From: Candidatus Omnitrophota bacterium
GTDB lineage: Bacteria > Omnitrophota > Gorgyraeia > Gygaellales > Profunditerraquicolaceae
DNA: 64,000 bases
Direction: 5' to 3'
Assembly (NCBI GenBank): GCA_041645145.1
Contig: JBAZQO010000001.1
Coordinates: 2,327-66,326, forward strand
In this document: piece after piece, positions 37,825-47,463 of the stretch
Position numbering within the stretch: the first letter of the stretch is position 1
How the letters are laid out: each line of letters opens with the position of its first letter
Notes under the pieces: generated by a model
Database searches by the model: none
What the model was told of the DNA's origin: nothing
What the model saw: only the letters and a program-made list of their open reading frames with translations
Position numbers and translations under genes: made by a program

Positions 37825-38344
37825 CTACTTGATTAAATAAACGTTCTTTATCCGTCTTTTGTGCTTTATCCCAACGCTCTAAAATCTTCAGTTTTAAAAG
37901 ATAAGTCAGAAGAAAATCAAAATCAAAATAATGGCCAAGGCTTAAAGATTCTAGAAAATTCCACCTGGCTTGATCCAGGATCTTTTCCGCTCCCAATATA
38001 GAGGTGCTTCTATAAGCAGTCATAGCTACATGGATAATATACGCCTCGGGATCATCGGGAAGACGGGTAAATTTTAAAGCATCTACCTTCTTACGCCTGG
38101 CCCGCGCGCGGGCCAATTCATTTCTTAAGCCTATCTCAAAGTTAGCCCATTTCCCCAGAATGCCTGTTGCTGCGGCGTTTAAAAAAGATGCCTCTTTATA
38201 ACAGGCATTACGCAAAAGCTCAATCTCTGTTTCCGGGATTAACCCCTTACACTTAGCAAAGAAGTCCTCTAAGCTAAAAGGCGGCCGGGAAGCAAAACTA
38301 AGCATTGGCAGGCTAGAGATCAGATATGTATAATAAGCTCCCAT
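37814..38344 (-). CDS. hypothetical protein at the subunit C/F position of the V-ATPase operon (DUF2764-like?)
   Basis: 176 aa, helical. Conserved location between atpE and atpA, which mirrors the chlamydial atpE-hypothetical-atpA arrangement. Confidence 0.4.
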   Translation of the reverse strand: MGAYYTYLISSLPMLSFASRPPFSLEDFFAKCKGLIPETEIELLRNACYKEASFLNAAATGILGKWANFEIGLRNELARARARRKKVDALKFTRLPDDPEAYIIHVAMTAYRSTSILGAEKILDQARWNFLESLSLGHYFDFDFLLTYLLKLKILERWDKAQKTDKERLFNQVVAN

Positions 38345-38947
38345 TTATTCGGATTTTAAGACCCTGTTTAGCTCAGGCCTTAAGGAGCCGGATATATACT
38401 CTGTTAAAGCCTGGGTGCTAAAATCAAAGGTGGACTTACCGGAATCAAAGCTGATCATAAACCCGCTATCAATTTCATCCGCGGACTTTAAGATTATCTG
38501 TTTTTTTGTTTCCTCCGCCAACTGCTTTAAAAATCCCTTTTCTAATTTATCCTTATCTTGCCGAGCAAGGGAAATAACAATCTGGCTGCCTAAAGAAAGC
38601 GGCGCGTTCTTAATCAAGTCCCTAATAATTCTGGTTAATTCTTCTACGGTCAAAGCCTGACGTATATTTAACTTAACCAACCTGTCCAGCATAGAATTGA
38701 TTTCTTTTCTTAAACTAATCAGTAAATCTCGGCCTGCCTGTTTTAGAGAGGCGTTGGTGGAATTATCCAGTTTTTTCGCCTCAAAGTTAGCCTGCTCAAT
38801 AATTTTCTCAGCCTGCATTTTTGCCTCAGCAATTATTCTTTGAGCCCTGGAATCTGCTTCAGCTTTTATTTGCGCAGCCTGCTTTTCAGCCGCCACTATC
38901 CCTTCCTGTTGTATCTTGGCAATCAAATCCTTAATCTCTTCTGCCAT
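38345..38947 (-). CDS. atpE: V/A-type ATP synthase subunit E (peripheral stalk)
   Basis: 200 aa. N-terminal long charged helix MAEEIKDLIAKIQQEGIVAAEKQAAQIKAEADSRAQRIIAEAKMQAEKI typical of subunit E. First gene of the V-ATPase block. Confidence 0.7.
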   Translation of the reverse strand: MAEEIKDLIAKIQQEGIVAAEKQAAQIKAEADSRAQRIIAEAKMQAEKIIEQANFEAKKLDNSTNASLKQAGRDLLISLRKEINSMLDRLVKLNIRQALTVEELTRIIRDLIKNAPLSLGSQIVISLARQDKDKLEKGFLKQLAEETKKQIILKSADEIDSGFMISFDSGKSTFDFSTQALTEYISGSLRPELNRVLKSE

Positions 38948-39626
38948 ATAAATCTCCTAAAAGTTCTTCTGTTTTCGCCAGTGGGTTATCCGCCTTTAAT
39001 ATCGGCCTGCCAATTACCAAAAAATCGCTTCCTGCTTTTACTGCCTGCTTAACGGTGGCGGTTCTTTTTTGATCATCCGCGGCAGATTTATCCGGCCGTA
39101 TCCCGGGCGTAATGATAAAAAAATCTTTTTTTATTTTCTTACGCAAAAGACCGGCCTCTTTAACTGAACAGACTATGCCGTCTAAACCGCTCTCTATGCC
39201 TTTTCTTGCTAAAACCAGCACCTCTTTGGGTTTTGCATGGCTGCTGGTTAAAACCGTGACCCCGATCAATAATGGCCTGGTTGCGTTTGTTGCCTTTGCC
39301 TCTGCTTCTGCGGAAACAACAGCAGCCTCTAGCATTTCTTTGCCTCCGGAAATATGCAAGGTAAGCATCCTGACTTTATGGCGGACTGCCGCAGCCACTG
39401 CCTGGGCTACGGTATTGGGAATATCAAAATACTTCAGGTCTAGGAAAACCTCGGCGCCTTTTTTATGGATCAATTCAATGATCTGGGGGCCGTAAGCAGT
39501 AAAAAGATGGCTGCCTACCTTATAAATCTTTATCTTTGGATAAAGCTTGTCCACAAAACCTGCGGCGCTCTCTATAGTATCTACGTCCAAAGCAAGGATA
39601 ATCTCAGGCTTTCTTAGCTCTCGCAT
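38931..39626 (-). CDS. pyrF: orotidine-5'-phosphate decarboxylase
   Basis: IILALDVDTIESAAGFVDKL...KIYKVG, FLDLKYFDIPNTV (catalytic Lys in DxKxxD), ~231 aa. Overlaps atpE start by 17 nt. Confidence 0.8.
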   Translation of the reverse strand: MRELRKPEIILALDVDTIESAAGFVDKLYPKIKIYKVGSHLFTAYGPQIIELIHKKGAEVFLDLKYFDIPNTVAQAVAAAVRHKVRMLTLHISGGKEMLEAAVVSAEAEAKATNATRPLLIGVTVLTSSHAKPKEVLVLARKGIESGLDGIVCSVKEAGLLRKKIKKDFFIITPGIRPDKSAADDQKRTATVKQAVKAGSDFLVIGRPILKADNPLAKTEELLGDLYGRRD

Positions 39627-40537
39627 GCCTTTAAACTTCCGATAAGATTGTTTAAATTATGGATATTGTTATCCGCCATATATTCCTTTAACCCGGAAAT
39701 AATCTCCAGACTTGCCCGGGGATTAATGAAGTTTGCTGTCCCTACGCTTATAGCAGTAGCGCCGGCAATAAAAAATTCCAAAGCACTTTGAATATCTATT
39801 ATACCACCTGAGCCGATAATGGGAATCTTAATTTTATTATACGCCTCCCAGACCATCTTCACTGCCACCGGCCTGATTGCCGGGCCGCTTAAGCCGCCTG
39901 ACCATGAGCCTATTTTAGGGGTGCGCTTATCTACATCAATGCTCATACCGCCAAGCGTATTAATCAAAGCCACGGCATCACTACCAGCTCTTTCGGCAGC
40001 TAAAGCGATCTCTGAAGCTGAAGTAACATTAGGAGACAGCTTGGTGATCAGGCATTTTTCCGTAAGTTTGCGCACTGCACTGACCAATGCAAAGGTATCT
40101 TTAGCATCCTGAGAGATTAGCCTCTCTTTGTGTAGGTTGGGGCATGAAATATTCAATTCAATAGCGGAAACTTCTTTTATTCTATCCAGCTGTTTAACCA
40201 GGATAGTAAATTCTCCCGGGTCGTCAACGCTGGCGATACTTACAATAACCGGGATACCCAGCTTCTTTAAGAAGGGCATTTTCTCTTTGATAAATTTATC
40301 TATTCCGGGGTTTTCCAGGCCGATAGAATTAAGCATACCGGAGGGAGTTTCGCAGGTTCGGGGAGGAAGGTTGCCTAGCCGCGGCTTAATAGTAATAGTT
40401 TTAGTAACAATAGCGCCGAGTTTTTTTAAGTCGATAAAATCCCCGAACTCTTCGGCATAACCAAAGGTTCCGGAGGCAACCATCACCGGATTCTTTAAGT
40501 CAAGCTTTCCTATTCTTACGCTTAAATCTGGCTTCAT
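39614..40537 (-). CDS. pyrD: dihydroorotate dehydrogenase catalytic subunit (class 1B)
   Basis: DLSVRIGKLDLKNPVMVASGTFGY, NISCPN (active-site Cys), GGIIDIQSALEFFIAGATAISVGTA. Confidence 0.85.
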   Translation of the reverse strand: MKPDLSVRIGKLDLKNPVMVASGTFGYAEEFGDFIDLKKLGAIVTKTITIKPRLGNLPPRTCETPSGMLNSIGLENPGIDKFIKEKMPFLKKLGIPVIVSIASVDDPGEFTILVKQLDRIKEVSAIELNISCPNLHKERLISQDAKDTFALVSAVRKLTEKCLITKLSPNVTSASEIALAAERAGSDAVALINTLGGMSIDVDKRTPKIGSWSGGLSGPAIRPVAVKMVWEAYNKIKIPIIGSGGIIDIQSALEFFIAGATAISVGTANFINPRASLEIISGLKEYMADNNIHNLNNLIGSLKACES

Positions 40538-40542
40538 CTGTT

Positions 40543-41325
40543 TTACCAGGTTAACTCCTTGCCTGAAAAAACCGGGCCATCCTTACAGACTCTTTTGTAG
40601 CCGGATTTAGTAGATACAACGCAGCCTAAACAAGCCCCGATCCCGCAGGCCATATGCTCTTCCAAGGAAAGCTGGCTATCAATATTGTTTTCGCAGGCCA
40701 TCCGGGAAACAGCCTTTAACATGGCTCCCGGGCCGCAGGCGTATATAGCTAATTGCCTGGCGCCTTGAGCCTGGCGCAGAACCTGGCCTAATAACTCTGT
40801 AACCCTGCCTTTAAATCCGGCTGAGCCGTCATCAGTGGCTATTTTTACCGCGCAACCTAAAGCTTTGAATTCTTGCAAACAAAGAATTTGCTTCTTTGTC
40901 TTAGCACCGATTAAAACCAGCGGTTTCTTTAACTTTATGCTCTCGGCCAGAAAAACCAGCGGCGCAACCCCCATGCCTCCGGCAACTAATATGGTCGCTT
41001 GTCGCTTGTCGCTTGTCGCTTGTAAATCAAAGCCGTTACCCAGCGGCCCGATAACATCTAAAAGCTCGCCCGGCTTTCTGCTTGATAAAATCTGCGTGCC
41101 TTTGCCTATAACTTCGTAAAAAAGCTTAACCTTCGGGCCTTTTGTCCCGTGGATACTGATCGGTCTTCTTAATAGCGGATCAATACTACTATTTACTTTT
41201 ATATTTACAAACTGGCCGGGCAGGGCATGCATGGCAATTAAGCCGGACTCAAACTCTAAATGCCAGTAATTATCTTTAAATCTTTTATTGGAAATTATCT
41301 TAGCTTTTATTTGTGCCTGGTTCAT
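40543..41325 (-). CDS. pyrK: dihydroorotate dehydrogenase electron-transfer subunit (FAD / 2Fe-2S)
   Basis: Ferredoxin-reductase-type FAD/NAD fold (RRPISIH, ILVAGGMGVAPL) and C-terminal cluster loop MACGIGACLGCVV. Confidence 0.8.
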   Translation of the reverse strand: MNQAQIKAKIISNKRFKDNYWHLEFESGLIAMHALPGQFVNIKVNSSIDPLLRRPISIHGTKGPKVKLFYEVIGKGTQILSSRKPGELLDVIGPLGNGFDLQATSDKRQATILVAGGMGVAPLVFLAESIKLKKPLVLIGAKTKKQILCLQEFKALGCAVKIATDDGSAGFKGRVTELLGQVLRQAQGARQLAIYACGPGAMLKAVSRMACENNIDSQLSLEEHMACGIGACLGCVVSTKSGYKRVCKDGPVFSGKELTW

Positions 41326-42016
41326 CCCTTTTATCCGTCAATTTGCTAAGCAGGGTTACGAAAATAATAAATAAAGCAAATGTAAAAAACAGCCAGAGAG
41401 ACTGCCTAAGATAAGCCGCGATGCCTTCCTGGTAGATGTCCTCCCAGGATTCCGCTAATAAAGTAAGGAAAAGAAGCGCAGAAATCGAGCCGATCTCTTT
41501 TTTAAACCAGGACAATTTTATTGGCAGATACTCACTTATATCCAGATCGATTATACTGGATAATTTCGGAAAAATGCAGGGTATCCTTCCGCGGTATTCC
41601 CGGTATGCGTCTGGGAATGCCGCCAAAAGTTTCTTTTCCTCCTTGCGGATAAGAAGTATATAGCGCATCGCAAAAACCGCGAGAAAGATAATCGCTACCC
41701 ACAATTTAAAAACTGCCAATACTACGCCTAAGCCGATGAAAAGTATACCTAGATACATGGGGTTGCGCACAACCTGATAAGGCCCGCCCTGGATTAATGC
41801 CTGGCTTTCCCGGGAATGCTCTGCCTTATATCCCCGCGCGGAAACGCGGATGATTTGTCCCAGGAAAATAAGGGAAAAACCCAGAATCTCTATATATTCC
41901 TGTATCGTGCCGCTAGCATTGTTACGAAAGAAAACACGGGGGAAAAACGCGACTATAATTGCGGCGCAGACCATAATTATCCCGTTTATTTTAAGGCGTT
42001 GTTTCATTTTTGACAC
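41300..42016 (-). CDS. isoprenylcysteine carboxyl methyltransferase (ICMT)/phospholipid methyltransferase-family membrane protein
   Basis: Polytopic membrane protein. C-terminal region VVRNPMYLGILFIGLGVVL matches the conserved SAM-binding block of the ICMT/PEMT family. Confidence 0.55.
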   Translation of the reverse strand: MSKMKQRLKINGIIMVCAAIIVAFFPRVFFRNNASGTIQEYIEILGFSLIFLGQIIRVSARGYKAEHSRESQALIQGGPYQVVRNPMYLGILFIGLGVVLAVFKLWVAIIFLAVFAMRYILLIRKEEKKLLAAFPDAYREYRGRIPCIFPKLSSIIDLDISEYLPIKLSWFKKEIGSISALLFLTLLAESWEDIYQEGIAAYLRQSLWLFFTFALFIIFVTLLSKLTDKRDEPGTNKS

Positions 42017-42804
42017 TTAGGGCAGAAATAAGTTCCTCTGCCTCCCTGGGCAATCCTTTTAACCGGGTTTCCACATACAAAACAGGGTTTACCGTCCCGG
42101 CCATAAACCTGATGAAACCGCGCATAATCCCCGGGTTTCCCTGAAACCCGCACGTAATTATCTACCGAAGAGCCCCCATGCTTAATCGCGCTGCTTAATA
42201 CCTGTTTTGTTTCCTTATACAGGGTCTCTTTTTCTTTCCCGGTTAAGCTTTGGCTGGATCTTTCCGGATTAATCTTTGCCCGGAATAAAATCTCGGCAGC
42301 ATAGAGATTACCAATGCCTGAGATAAAACCCTGCTCCATAAGCAAAGGCTTGATCTTAGTTTTCTTCTTAGAAAGCATATCCTTAAAATCTGCGGAAGTC
42401 AAATCAAAAGGTTCCGGGCCCAGGCCTTGCACAAATTTCAGCTTTTTCCAGTCGCGAACTACGCGCAGCTCGCCGAATAAACGCTGGTCATTAAAATCTA
42501 AAACTTTTCCTCCGGAAAGATGAAAAGCCACGCGGCTGTTCTTGGCTTTTCCCGGATAAACCAATTGTCCGGTCATTTTTAAATGTATTGTCAGGGCCTG
42601 GCCGTTGGATAATTCCAAAATTAACAGTTTCGCCCGGCGCAGGATATTCTTTATAGTTGCGCCTTCAAGAGACTTTTTAAATGCCGCGGGCGAAGGCTCG
42701 CGGATAACCATAGGATTATTCACGCAAACCTCGGTTATTTTTTTGCCCAGGATTACCTTTTCTAAGTCCCTTTTTATGGTTTCAACCTCTGGAAGTTCAG
42801 GCAT
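42004..42804 (-). CDS. mutM: formamidopyrimidine-DNA glycosylase
   Basis: The N-terminus MPELPEVE (catalytic Pro2/Glu3) is canonical Fpg. The H2TH region and C-terminal zinc finger CFVCGNPV...YFCPKCQ are present. Confidence 0.85.
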   Translation of the reverse strand: MPELPEVETIKRDLEKVILGKKITEVCVNNPMVIREPSPAAFKKSLEGATIKNILRRAKLLILELSNGQALTIHLKMTGQLVYPGKAKNSRVAFHLSGGKVLDFNDQRLFGELRVVRDWKKLKFVQGLGPEPFDLTSADFKDMLSKKKTKIKPLLMEQGFISGIGNLYAAEILFRAKINPERSSQSLTGKEKETLYKETKQVLSSAIKHGGSSVDNYVRVSGKPGDYARFHQVYGRDGKPCFVCGNPVKRIAQGGRGTYFCPKCQK

Positions 42805-42834
42805 AATCTTTCCCTATATTCTGGCTACTACCTG

Positions 42835-44409
42835 TTATCTGCCCTTCTTATTCTTTGTCTTATAATACTCCTGCAAAGATTTGACTCTGAGTTTTTTCTT
42901 CAGCAGCACCTCTATACCGCCGACCGTGGCAAACGCCCCGAATATGGTCGTGGTATAAGGTATGCCATACAAAATAACCTGCGAGCGGATTTTTACCTCA
43001 TCAAGCCGGGGGATCCTGCCTGAGGGTGTATTGATCACCAGCTGGATCTTACCCTCCTTCATCAGGTCCAATATGTTTGTTTTCCCCTCGGAGATCTTAG
43101 GCAAAACCTTTGCAGAAATACTGCTCTTTACTAATGCCGCGGCTGTCCCGGCTGAGGCATAGATCTTAAAACCCATATCTTTTAGCTTCTTAGCCACCAG
43201 GATAACATCCCTCTTGTCCCGGTCATGCACGGAGATAAAGACATTGCCTTTTTTGGGCAGCTTCTGGCCTGCGGCTAACTGGCTCTTTATATACGCCTGG
43301 CCAAAATCCGCGTCAATACCCATAACCTCGCCGGTAGATTTCATCTCCGGGCCAAGAATTATATCAACCCCCGGGAAACGGTTAAAAGGGAACACCGATT
43401 CTTTGATCGACACGTGTTTAGGAATAATTTCTTTGGTAAAGCCGAGCCTTTTTAATTTTCTGCCCAGCATAACCTTGGTAGCCAGCTTTGCCAAAGGCAC
43501 CCCGATCGCTTTTGAAACAAAAGGCACGGTGCGGCTGGCCCGCGGATTGACCTCTAAGACATAAACCAGGTTATCCTTTACCGCATACTGCACATTCATT
43601 AACCCCACCACATTCAATTCTTTAGCCATAGCCACGGTTGCCTGGCGGATATTCTTTAATACTTCGGAGGATAGAGTGTAGGTGGGAATGGACATGGCTG
43701 CGTCGCCGGAATGAACCCCGGCCTGCTCAATATGCTCCATTATCCCGCCGATTATAAAATCCTGGCCGTCTCCAATTAAATCAACGTCAACCTCAATAGC
43801 ATCTTCCAGGAATTTATCAACCAGGATAGGATGCTCCCCGGAAACCTCCGCTGCCTCTTTGATAAATCTTTCCAGCACGCTCTGGTCATAAACAATCTCC
43901 ATGGCCCGGCCGCCTAATACATATGAAGGCCGCACCAACACCGGATATCCAATCCTGCTGGCTATCTCCTTTGCTTCGCTAAATGTAAATGCCGTGCCGT
44001 TAACCGGCTGCAAAAGGCCAAGTTTATCCAGCATCTGCTTAAAGCGCTTGCGGTCCTCGGCAATATCAATGCTATCAGCGCTTGTCCCAAGAAGATTGAC
44101 CCCGGCCTGGCGCAAAGGAACAGCCAGGTTAAGCGGGGTCTGGCCGCCAAACTGCACGATCACGCCAAACGGCTTCTCCAACTCAATAATATTCATGATA
44201 TCTTCAAAGGTAAGCGGCTCAAAATAAAGCCGGTCCGAGGTATCATAATCAGTGGAAACTGTTTCCGGATTACAGTTGACCATAATGCTAACAGCGCCTT
44301 CCTCTTTAAGCGCGTATGCCGCATGGCAACAGCAGTAATCAAACTCAATGCCCTGGCCAATCCTGTTCGGCCCGCCTCCTAAAATAACCACCTTTTTCTT
44401 CATTATCAA
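42835..44409 (-). CDS. carB: carbamoyl-phosphate synthase large subunit, C-terminal half (split carB: second ATP-grasp + MGS-like domain)
   Basis: 524 aa starting KVVILGGGPNRIGQGIEFDYCCCHAAYALKEEG, which corresponds to the start of the second CPSase ATP-grasp repeat (~residue 550 of full-length CarB). C-terminal MGS-like domain GNVFISVHDRDK...GFKIYASAGTA. No N-terminal half is present in this window. Confidence 0.8.
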   Translation of the reverse strand: MIMKKKVVILGGGPNRIGQGIEFDYCCCHAAYALKEEGAVSIMVNCNPETVSTDYDTSDRLYFEPLTFEDIMNIIELEKPFGVIVQFGGQTPLNLAVPLRQAGVNLLGTSADSIDIAEDRKRFKQMLDKLGLLQPVNGTAFTFSEAKEIASRIGYPVLVRPSYVLGGRAMEIVYDQSVLERFIKEAAEVSGEHPILVDKFLEDAIEVDVDLIGDGQDFIIGGIMEHIEQAGVHSGDAAMSIPTYTLSSEVLKNIRQATVAMAKELNVVGLMNVQYAVKDNLVYVLEVNPRASRTVPFVSKAIGVPLAKLATKVMLGRKLKRLGFTKEIIPKHVSIKESVFPFNRFPGVDIILGPEMKSTGEVMGIDADFGQAYIKSQLAAGQKLPKKGNVFISVHDRDKRDVILVAKKLKDMGFKIYASAGTAAALVKSSISAKVLPKISEGKTNILDLMKEGKIQLVINTPSGRIPRLDEVKIRSQVILYGIPYTTTIFGAFATVGGIEVLLKKKLRVKSLQEYYKTKNKKGR

Positions 44410-44864
44410 TTATCTCCTAAGATTTTTTTGGACTGCGCAAGGGCTTCTTCGACCGTAGAAACTTTAATAACCCCCTTAATATCCCAGGAGCCTAAACTAA
44501 TCACCGGGATCCCAAACTGCAAACAATAGGCGATCTCAGAAAGCGTGCCGGCCTCACCCGGAAGGGCTATTACCAGGTCCGCAGCCTTTACCACCAGCAC
44601 ATTCCTGGCTAGCCCCATGCCTGTGGGGATAACTATATCTACAAATGCATTGGCGTCTTTCTTGTTATAACCAGGTATAATACCAATAGTTAGGCCGCCT
44701 CCAGCTTTAAATCCCTGGCAAACCGCCTTCATTGTTCCCCCTAAACCGCCAGATACAAGGATATCAACCACTTTAGCCAATTTTATGCCTAAATTATGGG
44801 CTAATTGCTCCACTTCTGCATTACAAATGCGTCCACCGATCACTGAGACTATCTTTTTTTGCAT
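44406..44864 (-). CDS. LOG-family / TIGR00725-like Rossmann-fold nucleotide-binding protein
   Basis: 152 aa. VSVIGG...VSGGLGGTMKAV...PGEAGTLSE blocks resemble the LOG/YvdD/DprA-like phosphoribohydrolase fold. Confidence 0.45.
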   Translation of the reverse strand: MQKKIVSVIGGRICNAEVEQLAHNLGIKLAKVVDILVSGGLGGTMKAVCQGFKAGGGLTIGIIPGYNKKDANAFVDIVIPTGMGLARNVLVVKAADLVIALPGEAGTLSEIAYCLQFGIPVISLGSWDIKGVIKVSTVEEALAQSKKILGDN

Positions 44865-44871
44865 ATTTTTT

Positions 44872-44943
44872 TGCGCCTGGCAGGAATTGAACCTGCACCA
44901 CCAGCTTCGGAGGCTGGTGCGCTATCCGTTGCGCTACAGGCGC
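44872..44943 (-). tRNA. tRNA-Arg (anticodon CCG)
   Basis: Reverse complement reads GCGCCTGTAGCGCAACGGATAGCGCA CCAGC CTCCGAA GCTGG TGGT GCAGGTTCAATTCCTGC CAGGCGCA. Anticodon loop CTCCGAA gives CCG. 72 nt, no encoded CCA. Confidence 0.8.
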
Positions 44944-44947
44944 ATAT

Positions 44948-46186
44948 TTAGAATAAACTTAACTGCTGCTCGCCTCTCCCCTCTTTTTTATCATCCTCAA
45001 ATATGGAGATCGTGCCATATTCGCCGTCAAAACCGGCTTTAATATTAACCTTACCTTGGCGCACCCGCAAAACTCCCTCTGCAACCTTTTTCGGCAGGCT
45101 CTTAAGTAGTTCTTCTTTTGATGCCCTAAGCAAAACCTCAAACTCTGTTCCGAACTTGGCCAGATAGCCGTGATAATCCCTTGCCACGCTTACCGAGGCC
45201 TTACCCACACCTTTTGCCTCGGCAATTATTTCCTCAAAGGGGATCAAATTCTTAAAGGGTATGGCGTTCTCCGGCTTAAAACCTTCCGGGCGGTCAGCAA
45301 GTTTTTCTACGCGATTGGCCACGCCTACTGTGACGGGTTTTCCGCATTTAGGACACCTGCCGTTATTTTGCCTGGTTTCCTCCGGCGAGAAGCGCACCCC
45401 GCAGAGGCGGTGGCCGTCAAAATGGTATTTACCTTCTTCGGGAAAGAATTCAATAGTATATAAAAATCTCTTCCTGTCCTTGGTTTTTAAAACCTCGCGG
45501 ATAGTTTGGTAATCTAATTCGCAATTAAAGACATTGGCCTCGCGGCCGATTTTAGACGGGGAATGCGAATCGCTGTTTGAGATCAAGGTGAATTTATCTA
45601 AAGCGGAAAGCCGCCAATTCATACCAGGATCCGAGCTTAATCCCGTCTCCAGCGCAAAGATTTTCGGCGTCTGTTCCTCAAAACAATCCTGGATTCTATC
45701 AAATCCTGACATAGACCCAAATAGAGAAAACCAGGGGGTCCAGATATGGCCCGGGACGATCATGCAGTTTTCGTCAATATCAAAGACAATACGCGCTAAC
45801 TCCGCCGCGTCTAAACCCAATATCGGACGGCCGTCGCTGGCCAGGTTCCCTATCCTGCTTAAACGCTCATTTATCTTGTCTACGCTTTTAAATGAAGGGC
45901 TAAAAATCAAATTATGGATACGGTATGTGCGCCCCCCCTTGGAATAAATACTGCTTACCTCGGCGGTAAGCATAAAATATATTCCTGCGTGCTTAAACAG
46001 GCCGTTTCCGCAATCCTCTAATGTATGCTTTAACTCTTCCAGCCAGAGATGATGCGTAAAATCTCCGGTGCCCATCAAAGTTATGCCTTTTAATCTCGCC
46101 CACTCTGCCAAATGCTTAATATCCATATCCCGGCTGGTTGCCCGGGAGTATTTTGAGTGGATATGAAAATCAGCGATAAATTCCAT
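44948..46186 (-). CDS. PHP-domain endonuclease Q-like protein (EndoQ family) with C-terminal zinc finger
   Basis: MEFIADFHIHSKYS (PHP metal-binding His), GTGDFTH, SNSDSHSP, IGREANVF, then GKYHFDGHRLCG...CPKCGKP zinc ribbon, ending ...LSLF. Block order matches archaeal EndoQ as far as I can recall it. Confidence 0.6.
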   Translation of the reverse strand: MEFIADFHIHSKYSRATSRDMDIKHLAEWARLKGITLMGTGDFTHHLWLEELKHTLEDCGNGLFKHAGIYFMLTAEVSSIYSKGGRTYRIHNLIFSPSFKSVDKINERLSRIGNLASDGRPILGLDAAELARIVFDIDENCMIVPGHIWTPWFSLFGSMSGFDRIQDCFEEQTPKIFALETGLSSDPGMNWRLSALDKFTLISNSDSHSPSKIGREANVFNCELDYQTIREVLKTKDRKRFLYTIEFFPEEGKYHFDGHRLCGVRFSPEETRQNNGRCPKCGKPVTVGVANRVEKLADRPEGFKPENAIPFKNLIPFEEIIAEAKGVGKASVSVARDYHGYLAKFGTEFEVLLRASKEELLKSLPKKVAEGVLRVRQGKVNIKAGFDGEYGTISIFEDDKKEGRGEQQLSLF

Positions 46187-46188
46187 GT

Positions 46189-47463
46189 TTACTTTTTATA
46201 TACTATTTTTCCGTTACAGATCGTGTAATCCACCACGCCTTTTAAAATGCGGCCAAGAAATGCGCAGTTTTTGGATTTAGAAATCAGCTCGCTTTTTCTA
46301 ACCTCCCATTCTTCTTCGCTAGAGATAACCACTATATCCGCGGCCTTACCTTCACTTAAGGTGCCTTTATCTATGCCTAAAATCCTGGCGGGATTAAGAG
46401 AGAACTTTTCAAACAGTTTCCCCCAGTCCAATACCTTAAGATGAACCAGCTCGGTTACACCCACGGCTAATTCGGTTTCTAAACCAACCACCCCGAACTC
46501 CGCGCGCTCAAACTCAATATCCTTTTCATTCTCCGTATGCGGGGCATGATCGGAAGCAATCGCGTCAATGGTCCCGTCTTTTAATCCCTGTTTTATCGCC
46601 GCGAGGTCCTCTTTGCTTCTTAAAGGTGGATTCATCTTCATATTTGTATCATACCCTAAAAGAGCATCCTCAGTAAGAGAAAAATAATGCGGGGTAGTTT
46701 CGCAGGTTACCTTAATGCCTTTTTTCTTGGCCTTAGAGATTATCTCTACTGATTCCCGGCAGCTTACATGAGCAATGTGCACTGCTGCACCGGCTTTTTC
46801 TGCCAACTCAATATCCCGCTCTATTCTTTTATACTCTGATGCATTTGATATCCCGCGCAGGCCCAAGCGCGTAGAATTAAAACCCAGGTTAATTACCCCC
46901 TTGCCGGAAAGTTTTTTATCCTCAGAATGGCAGATAGTTAAAATTCCGGCCTGGCTTGCTTTCTTAAATGCCTCCAGCATCAGCTCATCGCTATCCACTG
47001 AGCAACCATCGTCAGATATGGCATAAACCCCGCTTTTCTTTAACGCAGGGATCTCGCATAATTCTTTGCCCAGGCGTGCCTTGGTAATCGCCCCGCAGAT
47101 AAGCACATTGACTTTCGCGTCTTTTCTGATTATTCCTTTTAACAATTCAATACTCTCCGCGCAATCCATAGCCGGATTAGTATTCGGCATGGCTAAAACA
47201 GTAGTCACCCCGCCTTTGGCAGCGGCAGCTGTGGCAGTAGCCACTGTCTCTTTATCTTCTCTTCCGGGCTGGCGCAGATGCACGTGCATATCAATGATCC
47301 CCGGGGCAACAATTTTACCTGCCGCATCAATTACGCTATCTGCCTGCGCTTTAATATTTTTGGCAACCTTGGATATTTTTTTATCCTCAATTAAAATATC
47401 CAGCAGGGCGTCAATTTTTTTCGCCGGGTCAATTACCCTTCCGCCTTTAACCAGTATACTCAT
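46189..47463 (-). CDS. pyrC: dihydroorotase
   Basis: Amidohydrolase metal ligands DMHVHLRQPG, carboxylated-Lys region, AIASDHAPH. 424 aa. Start overlaps pyrB stop (4 nt). Confidence 0.8.
   Translation of the reverse strand: MSILVKGGRVIDPAKKIDALLDILIEDKKISKVAKNIKAQADSVIDAAGKIVAPGIIDMHVHLRQPGREDKETVATATAAAAKGGVTTVLAMPNTNPAMDCAESIELLKGIIRKDAKVNVLICGAITKARLGKELCEIPALKKSGVYAISDDGCSVDSDELMLEAFKKASQAGILTICHSEDKKLSGKGVINLGFNSTRLGLRGISNASEYKRIERDIELAEKAGAAVHIAHVSCRESVEIISKAKKKGIKVTCETTPHYFSLTEDALLGYDTNMKMNPPLRSKEDLAAIKQGLKDGTIDAIASDHAPHTENEKDIEFERAEFGVVGLETELAVGVTELVHLKVLDWGKLFEKFSLNPARILGIDKGTLSEGKAADIVVISSEEEWEVRKSELISKSKNCAFLGRILKGVVDYTICNGKIVYKK

Noticed and set aside
42835-44409. carB called as a truncated pseudogene
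   Set aside because: The 524-aa ORF starts exactly at the second ATP-grasp repeat boundary. It has a good start context and an intact MGS-like C-terminal domain, which is the pattern of genuinely split carB genes. It is more likely a functional half whose partner lies outside the window.
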